From NCBI RefSeq assembly GCF_004010195.1, contig NC_057720.1:6624491-6688490 (forward strand): a stretch of 64,000 nucleotides of DNA, given 5' to 3'. Source of the stretch: Chiloscyllium plagiosum (Eukaryota). The position numbers and the translations under genes were made by a program. Below, in pieces: positions 38,119-52,150 of the stretch. Position 1 is the stretch's first letter. Every line of letters starts with the position of its first letter. Under the pieces are notes generated by a model. That model worked only from the letters and a program-made list of their open reading frames with translations, had not been told where the DNA came from and did not search any database.

Positions 38119-39559
38119 AAGAATCACACGACACCAGCCTATAGTCCAACAGATTTATTTGGGAGCACTGCTCCTTCATCAGTGGTTGTGTGATGAAGGA
38201 GCGTCACTCCGAAAGCTAGTGCTTCCAAATAAACCTGTTGGATTATAACCTGGTGTTGTGTGAATTTTAATTTTGTCCACCCCAGTCTCTAAATCAAGAC
38301 TCATGGTGGTCTGTGGTGCAGTCTAATTGATAAAAGCAAGCCTGAAGCTGTTTGAATTTAAGATGTATCCACACTGATTCGAGGATGATCTCAAATGAAA
38401 TAAGCTCGGCCCATTATATATACATAATTCAGTGTTTGAGCCTGAGCTGACAGGTAAATTTCTATCCAGATTACATACAAACCTCACTCTCTGTGCACCT
38501 TCCCTGCAGCTGTCACATTGTATTCCTCGCTCTGTTCTGTTATCCTAATGCACTGTCTGTACTGCTCACAAAACAAAACTTTTTCACTGTACCTAGGTAC
38601 ATGTGACAGTAATAAATCAAATCAAATACAAATTGAATACAGAGCGGTAATAGGCCATTCGGCCCTTCAAATTTGCTCTGCCATTCCCGTAAGATTTGAT
38701 TTACTGTTATTGTCTGTGTTCACAGCTCTCTGTAGTTTCTTACAGTCCTGGGCAGAGCAGTTGCCGAACAGGCCATGATGCTTTCTGAGGTGCACCGGTA
38801 AAAGTTGGTGAGAGTTCTTGAGGACATGCCAAATTTCCTTAGTGTCCTGAGGAAGAAGAGGCTTTGGAATGACTGATCTGATTTGAGCCTCAAATCCACA
38901 ATCCTCTAGGCTTCATATCATTTTCATTTTCCCTTCTTCTTGAGAAGCTAACTACATCTGCTTCCTAACCACCTTTTCACAAAGAAAGTTCCAAAGACTC
39001 AAAAAGAAAAAAAAAACTCACTTCTATTTTAAATGAGTGACCCCTGAGTTTTAAATTTGACCCCTATTTCTAGATTTTGCCAGAAGAGGAGAGTCCCCCT
39101 CCATATCTACCCTGTCAAGATCCCTTCAGAGCTCATACCTTTTGGCCATTTCAACTCTGACTCTAAGGTCCAGCAGATACAAGCCGAACCAATCTAACCT
39201 TTCCTCACTAAGCAATCATCTCATTCCAGATATTATGTGGTGTATCTTCTCTGCACTGCCTTCAATAAAGAGTCCAATATTATACACAGTATTCTCGACC
39301 CAATCTCACCTGTGCCCTGTGTAATTGAAGAATTACCTCCCTAATTTTGGGATCCTAGTTCTGGAAAACGATCACTACACCTGAAACATTAACGTTGCTT
39401 TCTCTCTGCACCGATGCTGCCAGAGCAGCTGAGTTTTTCCATCATTTTCTGTTTTTGCCCCTAATTTTATATTCAGTTTCCATCTCAATAAACAATACCA
39501 TTTTATTAGCTTTCCTAACTACTTACATGTTTCTTTTGTTTTATTCACTTGTGGAACAC

Positions 39560-40080
39560 AGCTAGTTCAGTATTTATTGACTATCCCTAGTTGCCCCTTG
39601 AGAAGGTGGTGGTGAGCTGTCTTCATGAACCGCAGCAGTCCTTGTGCTGTAGGTAGACCCACAATGCTGTTTGGAAGGACGTTCCAGATAGTGTCCCAAC
39701 AACACTAAAATACATGTGATATGTTTCCATGTCACTATGATGTGTGGCTTGGAGGGATACGTGCAGATGATGGTGTCCCCTTGTACCTGTTGTCCTTGTT
39801 CTTCTATGTCGAAGTGGTCATGGGTTTGGAAGTCGCTGTCTAAGAAGCCTGGGTGAATTTCTGCAGTGCATCTTGTATATAGTGCACATTGCTGCTACTG
39901 AGTGTCAGTGCTGAAGGGAGTGGATGCTTGTAGGTGGGATGTCAATCAGGCTAGTTGCTTTGTCCTGGATGGTGTCAAGCTTCTTGAGTGTTGTTGGAGC
40001 TGCACCCACCCAGGCAGGTGGGGAGTATTCCATCCCAGCCCTGACTTGTGTCATATGAATGATGGACAGGCTTCTGAGAG
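39560..40080 (-). mobile_element. Second CR1/L2-group LINE, ORF2 C-terminus and 3' UTR
   Basis: Reads QVRAGMEYSPPAWVGAAPTTLKKLDTIQDKATSLI. Tail shared with SINE family B. Confidence 0.75.
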
Positions 40081-40087
40081 TCAGAAT

Positions 40088-40697
40088 GGGCGGCACGGTG
40101 GTTAGCACTGCTGCCTCACAGCGCCAGAGACCCGGGTTCAATTCCCACCTCAGGCAACTGACTGTGTGGAGTTTACACATTCTCCCCGTGTCTGTGTGGG
40201 TTTCCTCCGGGTGCTCCGGTTTCCTCCCACAGTCCAAAGATGTGCAGGTCAGGTGAATTGGCCATGCTAANNNNNNNNNNNNNNNNNNNNNNNNNNNNNN
40301 NNNNNNNNNNNNNNNNNNNNNNNNNNNNNNNNNNNNNNNNNNNNNNNNNNNNNNNNNNNNNNNNNNNNNNNNNNNNNNNNNNNNNNNNNNNNNNNNNNNN
40401 NNNNNNNNNNNNNNNNNNNNNNNNNNNNNNNNNNNNNNNNNNNNNNNNNNNNNNNNNNNNNNNNNNNNNNNNNNNTTTGCACGTTCTCCCCGTGTCTGCA
40501 TGGGTTTCCTCCAGGTGCTCCAGTTTCCTCCCACAGTCACAAAGATGTGCAGGTCAGGTGCATTGGCCATGCTAAATTGCCCGTAGTGTTAGGTAAGGGG
40601 TAAATGTAGGGGTATGGGTGGTTTGCGCTTCGGCGGGGCGGTGTGGACTTGTTGGGCTGAAGGGCCTGTTTCCACACTGTAAAATAATCTAATCTAA
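40088..40697 (+). mobile_element. HE1-type V-SINE pieces on both sides of a 205-N gap (40271-40475)
   Basis: Both flanks contain the V-domain, so the two pieces overlap on the consensus. Confidence 0.85.
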
Positions 40698-41758
40698 AAA
40701 ACAATCTTTCTGACACACTGGGAGGTCAACTGACCAAATTGGACTACTGTTACCACTTTCACCCAAGCTTGGTTACAGACCTGGATCTAAATCCATGTTT
40801 GAAGTTAACATCTCTGCAGAACTCAAGCAGAATCTATGTTGTTGGGAATGGGTTTTTGTTGTCACAGTAAGCAGCTAAATGCTGCGATCCTCTGGCTACA
40901 AAACAATTTCAAAACAATCTTTCGAAAAATTCGCGGAGGTTTATAAAATGTTACATGAACCGACACATCAAAGGAAACAGTGAGATGTTCCTGTAGCAGA
41001 ACCGTACATTACAAATTAATTGACTTTAACATGCTCCTCCAACTTCATCACACCTTTGGTTATTATCTCATCCCATTTCCACTGTTTCAAGTTTAAGCCT
41101 TCACATGTATTTCCAGCAGTCTCTGCTGAGATCATCAGATTGGCTAAATCTTATGTCTACAACCTGATTTGTTTATGCTTTTGAGTTTCATAAACATTGC
41201 CATTCAGAGTGAACAAGACAAAAGAAGCTTCATCACCGAAATAATAGTCACCAGCTTGGAGGGATAATCTGAATTTAAATGTCAACATTTGCTAACTAGC
41301 CTTGAAGAATGCTGTGGTTAACCCTTACATTTCATTTCACACCAGCTGTTGCCAATAGTCCTTCATCCTTTTCATTGTAAGATTTGAATTCAGACACTAT
41401 TCCGAGATGGAAGCAATGTTGATGAGTTACCAGAGAAGGATGATCTGGAAAATGCAGATAATGTGGTGTTCGTTAACTTCCAGAAGACATTTGACAATGA
41501 GCCACATAAAAGGCAAAATTAAAGCCCAGAAAATATAAGGGATGGTATTAACATGGACACAAATTTGACAGAGGAACAGAAAATGATGAGTAGTTGTGAA
41601 TGACTGCTTGTCAGACTGGAGAACAGTGTATTTGCCAAAGATACGTGTTTGGATTGTTACTTATCTTGATATGTTTATAACAAGACCTGGATGCACAAGT
41701 AACATTCTCAAAATTTGCAGATGAACTGAAACTTTGTAGTATTGTTAACTATGAGGAA

Positions 41759-41946
41759 CGATGTGGAGGTGCCAGTGTTGGACTGGGGTGGACAAAGTCA
41801 GAAGGCACGTGACACCAGGTTATAGACAGGTTTATTTGAAATCACAAGCTTTCAGAGCACTGCTCCTTCATTCGGTGAAACTCCGAAAGCTTGCAATTTC
41901 TAATAAACCCGTTGGACTATCATCTGATGTCATTTGACTTCTGCCT
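41759..41946. mobile_element. Fold-back element, family B variant, in an old CR1
   Basis: Perfect 14-bp TSD ttaactatgaggaa (41745-41758, 41947-41960). Confidence 0.9.
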
Positions 41947-42681
41947 TTAACTATGAGGAAGGTAGGGCTAGATTTCCAAAGGATGAAAAGAGGTGGGTGG
42001 AATGGGCAGACAAGTGGGAGGTGAAATTTAATGTAGAGAAGTGTGAAGTGATGCACATTGAGAGAAAGAGCACAGAGAGGCAATTTAAAACCAGCAATGC
42101 AATTAGAACATAGAACATTACAGCGCTGTACAAGCTCTTTGGTACTCGCTGTTGCACCAACCTGTGGAACCAATCTGAAGCCTATCTATCCTGCACTATT
42201 CCATTATCATCCATATGCCTATCCAATGACCATTTAACTGCCCTTAAAGTTGCTGAGTCTACTACTGTTGCAGGCAGTGTGTTCCATGCCCTACTACTCT
42301 CTAAGTAACGAAACTACTGCGGACATCTGTCCTATATCTATCACCTCTCAATTTAAAGCTATGACCCCTCATCACCGTCTGAGGATAAAGGCTCTCACAG
42401 TCCGCCTATCTAACCCTCTGATTATCTTATATCTCTCAATTAAGTCACCTCCTAAAGGTGGGTACAGGATTAGAGGGAGCTAAAAGCTGGGGTAAAATAA
42501 GCTGTGTTTGAATATGGCAACTGTGACTGAACTGAGCATTTTAACATAGAGGTAGGATATTCTATTGTTATTACATTTGTTCTTACCTCAGAACAAGGGC
42601 AGAAATTGTCATGAAATTTCCAGTAAGTCACTCGGGATTTAGTTCAGGTTTGTTTAAGTCAATAATAATGCTTTTCCCTGC

Positions 42682-43070
42682 AGTGTTGAAGGCTGAGGGG
42701 CGACCTTATAGAGGTTTATGAAATCATGAGAGCCATGGACAAGGTGAATAGCCAAGGCCTTTTTCCTAGGGTAGGGGAGTCCAAAGCTAAAGGGCACAGG
42801 CTTAAGGTGAGTGAGAAAAGATTTAAAAGGGACCTGAGGGGCAATTCTTTCACTCGGTGATTGGTGCATGTATGGAATATGCTGCCAGAGGAAGCTCATA
42901 CAATTACAACATTTAAAATGCATCTGGACAGGTGCATGAGTAAAAATGCTTTAGAAGGATATGGGCCAAATGCTGGCAAATGGGACTGGATTAATTTGGG
43001 ATATTTGGTTGGCCTGGATGAGTTGGATTGCAGTGTTTGTTTCCATACTGTACAACTCTATGACTTTACC
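42682..43070 (+). mobile_element. CR1/HER1-type 3' end
   Basis: VWNMLPEE...ITTFK.HLD...LEGYGPNAGKWD. Related copies at 48350-48760 (-), 51886-52348 (-) and 56005-56460 (+). Confidence 0.85.
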
Positions 43071-44152
43071 ACTCTGTGAGTCAGAAAAGGCGATACCATT
43101 TTTCAGAAATGTATTTGTTGGTTGATTCTTTGCATTTAAGATTGGAAGCCAGTCTGTGTGTGGTATGGTTCTGCTCAGAACAGCAGCAAAACTGAAATTG
43201 TGTCAGTGATAAGGTGCCTCGTAATGCCTGGTAGGATGCAGTCTCTGGAGAACAGATTGAGAAGTTGGCAGGTGAGAGATTATTGATTTGGAGAAGCTGG
43301 AGCCATTTAATTGCTGAGAGTAAGCACGGAGGAACCCCACGACCAGTACTTGCCTGGTGCACCTTTGAGGTTTGGAGAGAGCTGAGGGCAATGCCAACTT
43401 TGTGAAGCGAGCCGTCTGAGAAAGAACTGAAATTGTGCCAGGTGCTTATGCTGGAGCATAGCCTTAGAAATTCAGGAAACTGCACTCCCAGGAAAAGCAA
43501 TAGGGAGATGAGTAGACATAGGGGCACTCCGTGTTACAGCAACTTTAACGGAGATTCAAGGGTAGATCTTCACAAATAAAGAGTTGGAATCTCTTGGAAA
43601 GCAGAATTTTAAAGACTTTTAGTGAACCACAGTAATAGCTTTTGTCTTGATGTATTGCAAAGAAATTTGAAGGATTTGTCTTGATTGTATCTATCATTTA
43701 ACGTGCAGTTGACGATGTCTTTGAACACAATTGATTCATATTTACCTCGTGTTAATTCCAGGTATTTTATTTTAAATTGTAAATTGTAAATTATTTTACT
43801 TTTCTAATTGTGTATGGGAAAGTTTAATTTGTCCTAAATTGGCTTTATTCTCTTAATTTTCTCTTTCTAAAAAAACTTGTTCAGAGACATTTTGACATAC
43901 CTCTGGACCAGGTGGGACTTGAACACCGGACTTCAGGCTCAAAGGTAGGGATGCTACTATTGTATCTTTATATTCTCTTATTCATTACCTGGGATCTCTG
44001 CCTACTTTGAATGAAACATGACTTGTCCCAAACCAGATTATAAAATATTTTAGTCAGACTCCATGTTATTTATCCAGCAACAAGTGAAAGTGACTGCAAC
44101 ATAATTCCAAGTCAGGACGGTGTGTGATTTGAAGGGAAACTTGCCAGTGGTC

Positions 44153-44422
44153 ATAGAACATAGAACACAGAAAAATGCAGCGCAGTACAGGCCCTTTGGC
44201 CCTCGATGTTGCACCGATCCAAGCCCACCTAACCTACACTAGCCCACTATCCTCCATATGCCTACCCAATGCCCGTTTAAATGCCCATAAAGAGGGAGAG
44301 TCCACCACTGCCATTGGCAGGGCATTCCATGAACTCACGACTCGCTGAGTAAAGAACCTACCCCTAACATCTGTCCTATACCTACCACCCCTTAATTTAA
44401 AGCTATGCCCCCTCGTAATAGC
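44153..44422 (-). mobile_element. Young CR1 3' end
   Basis: Nearly identical to 18741-19081; short TSD tggtc. Confidence 0.9.
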
Positions 44423-45596
44423 TGGTCGTTCCAATACGCCTGCTCTGTGTTGGAAGTTGCAAGTTTGGAAGGTGCTGTCAGAGGAGACTTGGTGGGTTGC
44501 TGCTGTGGATCTTGTAGAATCCCCACAATGTGCAGTGAATAAACGGTTAACACATATGAGCAAAACTGTCCATTTTGACTGACGCTGCATCCAGCAACTT
44601 AAACAATCGCTGAGAGTGTGTCTCATCTACAAAATGCACTGCAGCAACACACCCAGGATTTACCAGGAGTACTTTCCAAACCAGCAATGATGTATACCTT
44701 CCGTGACAAAGGCATTAACTTTAACATGAGGGCATCAAGTGCATTTGGCCATCATATGCCCAAGTCACACAGCAACTACATTTGGAACTATATAGTTATG
44801 ATTTCAATGATGCGGAGTCAAAGTTTTGGAGTTCTCTTCGTAACAGTACAGCAGGTGTCCCTACAACATGTGGATGCAGTAGTTCAGGGGCGTTACTCAC
44901 CACCAACTTCTCAAGGGCGACTATTAGCTGGCAATAAATGATGACCTTGCCCAGAACTCTTGCAAAACATATAATAATAAAAGACCACTTGAAAAACCTT
45001 TCACCAAGTAACTTTTTGACACAAGGCTGGCATTTTTATCACACTGAGGATTGTTTATGATTTCAAAAGTATTTATGTCTTCATTGGTGAACCTTGATTG
45101 CTCTGAGGTCAGTCTGCTTTCTGTCAGAGACTAGCTAAGACTCATAAAACAGTAGAGAAACCGCCTGAACAAAATAAGCCAATTAGGAAGAAAAATTGAC
45201 TGTGAAGAGATTACAGTCAAGGTTGCAAAGATTAATCAAATGCCTGATGGAAAAGATGAGCCATCAATGGACAGATTAACCTTGCATTTATCAATCATGT
45301 TTGCAGTTGTTAATGCCGGCGCTGAAGTGGGAGATGTAAAGTTGCTTCCACAGAATTTCTGATGTTGTAAGAATGTAAGAGCTAAGTAGGCTATTCAGCC
45401 CCTCGAGCCTATTATATTATTCAATACGATCCTGGCTGAACTCATCTTGACCTTAAATCCACTTTCCTGCCTGCTCTGCATAACCTTTTAACCCATCACC
45501 AATTAAAATCTGTCTAATTCTTTCTTGAATTTACTCAATGCCCTGGAATCCTCCATATCACCAGCCACATGTGCCTCATGTTCAGTGGAATAGTGG

Positions 45597-47385
45597 CTGA
45601 AGGACCTGAACTGAAGGGAATTTATATTAGGCAGGAAATGGTGTTGGAGAGACTGTTAGGTCTGAAGGCTGATAAGTCCCTGGGGCCTGATGGCCTACAT
45701 CCCAGGGTACTAAACGAGATGGCTCCAGAAATCGTGGATGCATTGGTGATCATTTTCCAATGTTCTATAGATTCAGGGTCAGTTCCTGTGGATTGGAGAG
45801 TGGCTAATGTTGTCCCACTTTTTAAGAAAGGAGGGAGAGAGAAAAAAAGAGAATTATAGAACAGTTAGTCTGACCTCAGTGGTGGGAAAAATGCTGGAGT
45901 CAATTATAAAGGACAAAATTACGACACATCTAGATAGCAGTAACAGGATAGGTCAGAGTCTGCATGGATTTATGAAGGGGACATCATGCTTGACTAATCT
46001 TCTGGAATTTTTGAGGATGTAACTCTGAGTATAGGTTAGGTGGGCTTGGATCGGCGCAACATCGAGGGCCAAAGGGCCTGTACTGCGCTGTATTCTTCTA
46101 TGTTCTATATAATCTTCTGGAATTTTTGAGGATGTAACTCTGAAGATGGACAAGGGAGATCCAGTGTATGTAGTATACCCGGACTTTCAGAAAGCCTTTG
46201 ATGAAGTCCCACATAGGAGGTTAGTGAGCAAAATTAGGGCACATGGTATTGGGGGCTAAATACTGACATGGATTGAAAGTTGGTTGGCTGACAGGAAGCA
46301 AAGAGTAGTGACAAACAGCTCCCTTTAAGAATGGCAAGCAGTGACCAGTGGTGTGCCGCAGGGATCATTGCTGGGACCGCAGCTTTTTACAATGTACATT
46401 AATGATATAGATGAAAGTATTAAAAGTAATATTAGCAAATTTGCTGATGACACAAAGCTGGGTGGCAGGGTGAAATGTGAGGAGGATGTTAGGAGAATAC
46501 AGTGTGACCTGGACAGGCTAGTTGAGTGGATGGATGCATGGCAGATACAGTTTAATGTGGATAAAGGTATGGTTATCCACTTTGGTGGCAAGAACAGGAA
46601 GGCAGATTACTCCCTAAATGGAGTCAAGTTAGGTAAAGGGGCAGTACAACGAGATCTAGGTGTTCTTATACATCAGTCAATGAAAGCAAGCATGTAGGTA
46701 CAGCAGGTAGTGAAGAAAACTAATAGCATGGGTCTTCATAACAAGAGGGATTGAGCATAGAAGCAAAGAGGTGCTTCTGCAGCTGTACAGGACCCTGGTG
46801 AGACCGCACCTAGAATATTGTGTACAGTTTTGGTCTTCACATTTGAGGAAAGACATTCTGGCTATTGAGGGAGTGCAGCATAGGTTCACGAGATCAATTC
46901 CTGGAATGGGGGGACTATCTTATGCTGAAAGATTGGAGCGACCGGGCTGGTATACCCTTGAGTTTAGAAGGCTGAGAGGGGATCTGATTGAGACGTATAA
47001 GATTATTAAAGGATTGGACACTCTGGAGGCAGGAAACATGTTTCCGCTGATGGGTGAGTCCCGAACCAGAGGACACAGTTTAAAAATAAGGGCTAGGCCA
47101 CTTAGAACAGAGTTGAGGAGAAACTTCTTCACCCAGAGAGTGGTGGGTGTGTGGAATGTTCTGCCCCAGGAGGCTGTGGAGGCCAAGTCTCTGGTTTCTT
47201 TCAAGAAAGAGTTGGATAGAGCTCTTAAGGATAGTGGAATCAAGGGTTATAGAGATAAGGCAGGAACAGGATACAGATTGAGGATGATTAGCCATGATCA
47301 TAATGAATGGTGGTGCAGGCTCGAAGGGCAGAATGGCCTACTCCTGCACCAGTTGTCTATTGTCTATTATCTATTGTCTATTGTG
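45597..47385 (+). mobile_element. CR1 LINE, 5'-truncated, ORF2 reverse-transcriptase pseudogene
   Basis: GPDGLHPRVL, NYRTVSLTSVVGKMLE, GVPQGSLLGPQLFTMYINDID, KFADDTKL, LYRTLVRPHLEYCVQFW and RRNFFTQRVV, with stops and frameshifts. (ctattgt)n tail. Confidence 0.95.
46029..46109 (+). mobile_element. 81-bp CR1 3' tip inserted in CR1 with a 34-bp duplication
   Basis: Identical flanks taatcttctggaatttttgaggatgtaactctga (45995-46028, 46110-46143). Confidence 0.92.
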
Positions 47386-47473
47386 TATATTTTGTATATT
47401 TAAGGCTGAGATAGATAGATTCTTGATCAAAAGTTACAGGGAAAGGGCAGCAAAGTGGCTCAGTGGCACTCAA

Positions 47474-47836
47474 GGGTGGCATGGGTGGCTCAGTGGTTAG
47501 CACTGCTGCGTCACAGCGCCAGGGGAATGGGTTCAATTCCGGCCTCAGGTGACTGTGTGGGGTTTGCACATCCCCCACCCCAGCTCATGTCTGCATGGGC
47601 TTTCTCCAGGAGCTCCAGTTTCCTCCCACACTCCAAAGATGTGCAGGTTAGGGTTAGTGTGGATTGGCCATTCTAAATTCACCATCGTGTCCAGGGATGT
47701 CTAGGTTAGATGCACTACTCAAGGAAAACATAGAGTAACAGGATAGGGGGCATGGGCCTTGGTGGGTTACTCTTCAGAAGGTCAGTGTGGACTTGTCGGG
47801 CCAAAGGGCCTGTTTTCACACTGTAGGGAATCTATG
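47474..47836 (+). mobile_element. HE1-type V-SINE
   Basis: Head, V-domain and tail present. Confidence 0.88.
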
Positions 47837-48027
47837 AAGTGGATGTCAGGAATGTCGGATCAGCCATGATTCTGTCAAAGTTGGTGTACTCCCAAATCCC
47901 TGCTCACAAAGCGAGCCACCAAATTTACCTTGTCTGCCTGGGGAGAAAGTGAGGGCTGCAGATGCTGGAGATCAGAGCTGAAAATGTGTTGCTGGAAAAG
48001 CGGCAGCATCCAGGGAACAGGAGAATC

Positions 48028-48055
48028 AACGTTTCGGGCATAAGCCCTTCTTCAG
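48028..48055 (-). ncRNA. Minimal hammerhead motif, family A (in cassette 47942-48060)
   Basis: Minus strand: CUGAAGA-a-GGGC-uuau-GCCC-GAAA-cg-UU. Confidence 0.75.
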
Positions 48056-49584
48056 GAATGGCTTAACCTCAGGGACCCCACCCTGTACAGGGCAGCTCCA
48101 GGTGGCTGGTGCTTTTCTGGGAGTACAACATGCTTTTAAAGATCATGACCATGCCAAGTACGTCGGTCCGTTCGGTGATATCCCGGCAGTAGTGAAAGTT
48201 TAAAGGACTGCGTGGGATAAGAAGGGGCTGGAATCGAGTGCAAGGGACACCATAGCAATGGGGTAGGTAGTTAATGAGATGGGTATGAGTTGGAGAGAAA
48301 TTTCACTCAGTCTATGTGGTGAAAAACCCTCCAAAAAGCTCAACATGTGGAGTCATAGAGATCTAAGCACAGAAACAGACCCTTCGGTCCGACTCGTTCA
48401 TGCCATCCCGATGTCCTAAATTAATTTGGTCCCATTTGCTAGCACTTGGCCCATATCCCTCTAAACTCTTCCTATTCATATACCCATCCAGCTGCCTTTT
48501 AAATGTTGTAATTGTAACCACCTCCTTCACCCACTTCCTCTGGCAGCTCATTCCATACACACACCACCCTCTGCTTGAGAAATTACCCCTCAGGTCCTTT
48601 TTAAATCTTTCCCCTCTCACCCCAAACCTATGCCCTCTAGTTTTGGACTCCCCTACCCTGGGGAAAAGACCTCATCCTATCCAAGCCCCTCACGATTTTA
48701 TCAACATCCATAAGGTCACCCCTCAGCCTCTGACACTCCAGCTTATTCAGCCTCTCCCAATGCATAAGATCCAGTTTAAGATGTGGACCGTCAAATACAA
48801 TGGAGGTCAGCTATTACCCTGACATCAGAGTCCAAAAGGTGAAAGCTGAGCCTATTTTCTTCTATTTTTAACATCCGAAATGATGAGTTAAAGAAAGACT
48901 TCCCTCATTTGACATCCTGAGACTCCTATGACGGAATTAAATCTGTCAATGGTCTAGAAATTGTAATGACCCTCCCCTGCAGCTACAGGGAAAAGGGAAA
49001 GGAACTTGCAAACAAAGCATTGCCCCCACCACCCGACCCCCACACACCGTGGAGAGCGATGAACTTTGGCAAAGAGGAAGCACCGAAACACCTCACTGAA
49101 GACTGACGAGTTGAGTGCCTGAATCCTTGCATCTCAAAACGTTGCAACCAATATTTTACAGTGTCAGAGTCCCTTCTGAAAATCACATTACAAGGACTTA
49201 AAATTGCCACTTTTCTGAATCTTGTAGTTTCCTTGACAACAATTATGCATCAGAGTGACTGGATCTCTTCAAGTGCATCAACTCTTTAATTCAGCACCTT
49301 TTCACAATGGGGTGCAATTGACACTTCCCCTGTGTGTGCCTCATTCTTTGCGTTTAATAATGACTTTCTGCGGAACTTGAAATACACTTTTTGTCACATG
49401 AAATAACATTATATTGAATTTCAAGAATTACAATTGCAGACAGCACATTCTTAAAACTTAATTTTACAGTGGAGTCTCAAAGTACGAATTCACTCAATTG
49501 GAGCCAATTTGATATTCCCAACAACAGAATGCGCACAAAAGGCTATCCTGCATACACTGAATGGAAACTGGGGCGACGACAAAT

Positions 49585-49830
49585 TACTGACAATGCTAGA
49601 ATCTGTACTGAAAACAAAAGATGTTAGAAATCACAGCAGGTCAGGCAGCATCCGTGGAAAGAGAGCAAGCTAATGTTTCAAGTCTAGATGAGTCTTCATC
49701 AGAACTGCTGTGAAGCGCGTAGGGTACAGCATTTATGCAACATTGGGGGTGGGTGGGTGGAGTGCTGGGGGAGAGAGGATGTTGAGAGAGCAGATTGAAT
49801 GATCAGAATGTGAGAATAGCAGAACAGTGG
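49585..49830 (-). mobile_element. PLE-derived terminus, family C variant, with degenerate hammerhead at 49672-49702
   Basis: Minus strand: agtt-CUGAUGA-a-gactc-atcta-gactt-GAAA-ca-UU-agc. Confidence 0.65.
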
Positions 49831-50693
49831 CAGAAGAAAGACAGAAACTAAAGGGGCCTGCAGTGAATCAGGAAGATAATGAATGGAGAATAGGGAAACT
49901 CCTCACATTTCCACAAGGAGGGAACAAATTTGCATTGCTTCAAAGCATGCTTTACATTCTTGGGAAATGCTTCAGCTCTGCCAGGTGCATGCAGGGTAAG
50001 TTACCAAATTTTAATTGTGACTGTTCTATAAGGTATAATTTGGAATGTATTAATGTTGATGGGGCATTAATTGTTTAGGAGTACTTGTTAGTCTTACATA
50101 TTGTCCTGATGGAAACGAGACATACCTGGCTTCTGATAACTATAATTATGCCCAGTCAATTAATGTCAATTGTACTTATTGCTATTATACAATAAACTGT
50201 ACCTTGTTATGCAGTATGATTGCTTCTTCTTGTTAAGACTCTGTCCATCCTCTAGTTCTGGTAAATAGGCTGGGCTGTAGTCTTCAAGGCTACTAGAGCG
50301 GATCTGAGTCTACTGAAGTAAGTGACACAAAACTTGATTGAATTGGAATCTATGAGGCAGACAGTGTAGAATTTCAATATATGGGTGAGTTGGGTGGATA
50401 GATGGCAGATGAAGTTGAATGTGGAGTGGTATAGGTTGATGCACTTTGATACAAAGACATGGAGAGACAGTGTAAAACTTTCTTAAAGGGTGTCAAGGAA
50501 CAGAGAGATCTGGAAGTCATAAGAAGTAACATGATGAGTAAAGAGAGCTTTTAATAAAGTATACAGTTCTTGGCTTCAAAAATAGGGGCATAGAGTACAA
50601 AAGGAGGAGCTTATGATTAAGTTATAGAAGAGGCGAGCTGAATAGGAGAGGCAATGGCCTAGAGACATAATCACTGGACTGTTAATCCAGAGA

Positions 50694-50892
50694 TGAGAGT
50701 GGGTTGCTGGAAAAGCACAGCAGGTCAGGCAGCATCTGAAGGGCAGGAAAATTGATGTTTCAACCGGAGCCCAGGTTTCCGGCCCGAAACATTGATTTTC
50801 CGGCTCCTCGGATGCTGCCTGACTTGCTGCGCTTTTCCAGCAACATACTGTCAACTCTGATCTCCAGCATCTGCAGTCCCCACTGTCTCCAG
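50694..50892. mobile_element. Fold-back family A element in a SINE-B head
   Basis: Perfect 13-bp TSD gttaatccagaga (50681-50693, 50893-50905). Confidence 0.9.
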
Positions 50893-51679
50893 GTTAATCC
50901 AGAGACCCAGGCAATGTCTGGGAGACATAGGTTCAAATCCCGCAGTGGCAGATGGTGCAATTTGAATTTAAGAACTGAAACTCTGGAATTATGAATCTAA
51001 TTATGACCAGGAAACTGTTGCTATACAAACAACAATTGTTGGGAAAACCCATTTGATTCACTAATGTCCTTCAGGGAGGGAAATTGTCATTGTTACCTGG
51101 TCTGGCCCACACATGACTCCAGACCCTCAGCAATGTAATTGTTTCTTAACTGCTCTCTGGGCAATTAGCGATGCCCTCATCCCATGAATGAATTTTTGAA
51201 AAGTCTCAGTTGGAGGATCGTGTGCAGCTGTGGGTCCCACACTACAGGAGAGATGTGAAAGGATTGAAGGGAATGCAGGAGAGATTTGGGAGAATGATTC
51301 TAGCGTTGAGAAACTTTGGTTAAAAACTAAAATTGGAGAAGTTGGGGCTGTTTTGCTTGGAGATGTGAAGGCCAAGGGGAAATTTATAGAAGTTTTCACA
51401 ATCAAGAGGGACCTGGACAGAGAGAAACTGTCCCCACCCATAAAGGTTTCAAGATTCAGAGGTGAAAAGAAACAGATCTGAGGTAAGAAAATCAATTTTC
51501 ACTCAGCGAGCAGTAATTGTCTACGATGGCCTGGAATTATACTGGAGGCAGGGCCAACCAAGACATTCAAGAGCAATGACGATATAAATAGGAACAATGT
51601 ACAGGATTATGGGGATAAAAGGCCAAGATTGTCACTGGATTAAAGGGCTCAGAGATCCATGGCAGACATAATGGGTAAT

Positions 51680-51872
51680 TGAGTCAAGATTAGAGCGGTG
51701 CTGGAAAAGCACAGCAGGTCAGGCAGCATCCAAGGAGCAGGAAAATCAACATTTTGGACAGGAACCCTTCATCAGGCATTCCTGCTCCTTGGATGATGCA
51801 AGACCTGCTGTGCTTTTCCAGCACCACTCTAATCTTGACTCTAATCTCCAGCATCTGCAGTCCTCACTTTCG
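51680..51872. mobile_element. Fold-back family A element
   Basis: gagtcaagattagag...ctctaatcttgactc arms; flanking cataatgg repeat. Confidence 0.85.
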
Positions 51873-52150
51873 CATAATGGATCGTAGAGTCATAGAGATG
51901 GACAGCACGGAAACAGACCCTTTGGTCCAACTCATTCATATTGCACAGGTATCCTAACCTAATCTAGTCGCATTTGCCATTATTTGGCCCATATCCCTGT
52001 CAACTCTTCCTGTTCATATACCCATCCAGATGCCTTTTAAATGTTATAATTGCACCAGCCTCCACCACTTCCTCTGGTAGGTCATTCCAAACACACACAC
52101 TACCTTTTGCATGAAAAAGTCGCCTCTTAGGTCCCTTTTAAAACTTACCC

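Noticed and set aside
45597..47385. Active CR1 reverse-transcriptase gene
   Set aside because: 5'-truncated, with multiple stops and frameshifts and an internal insertion.
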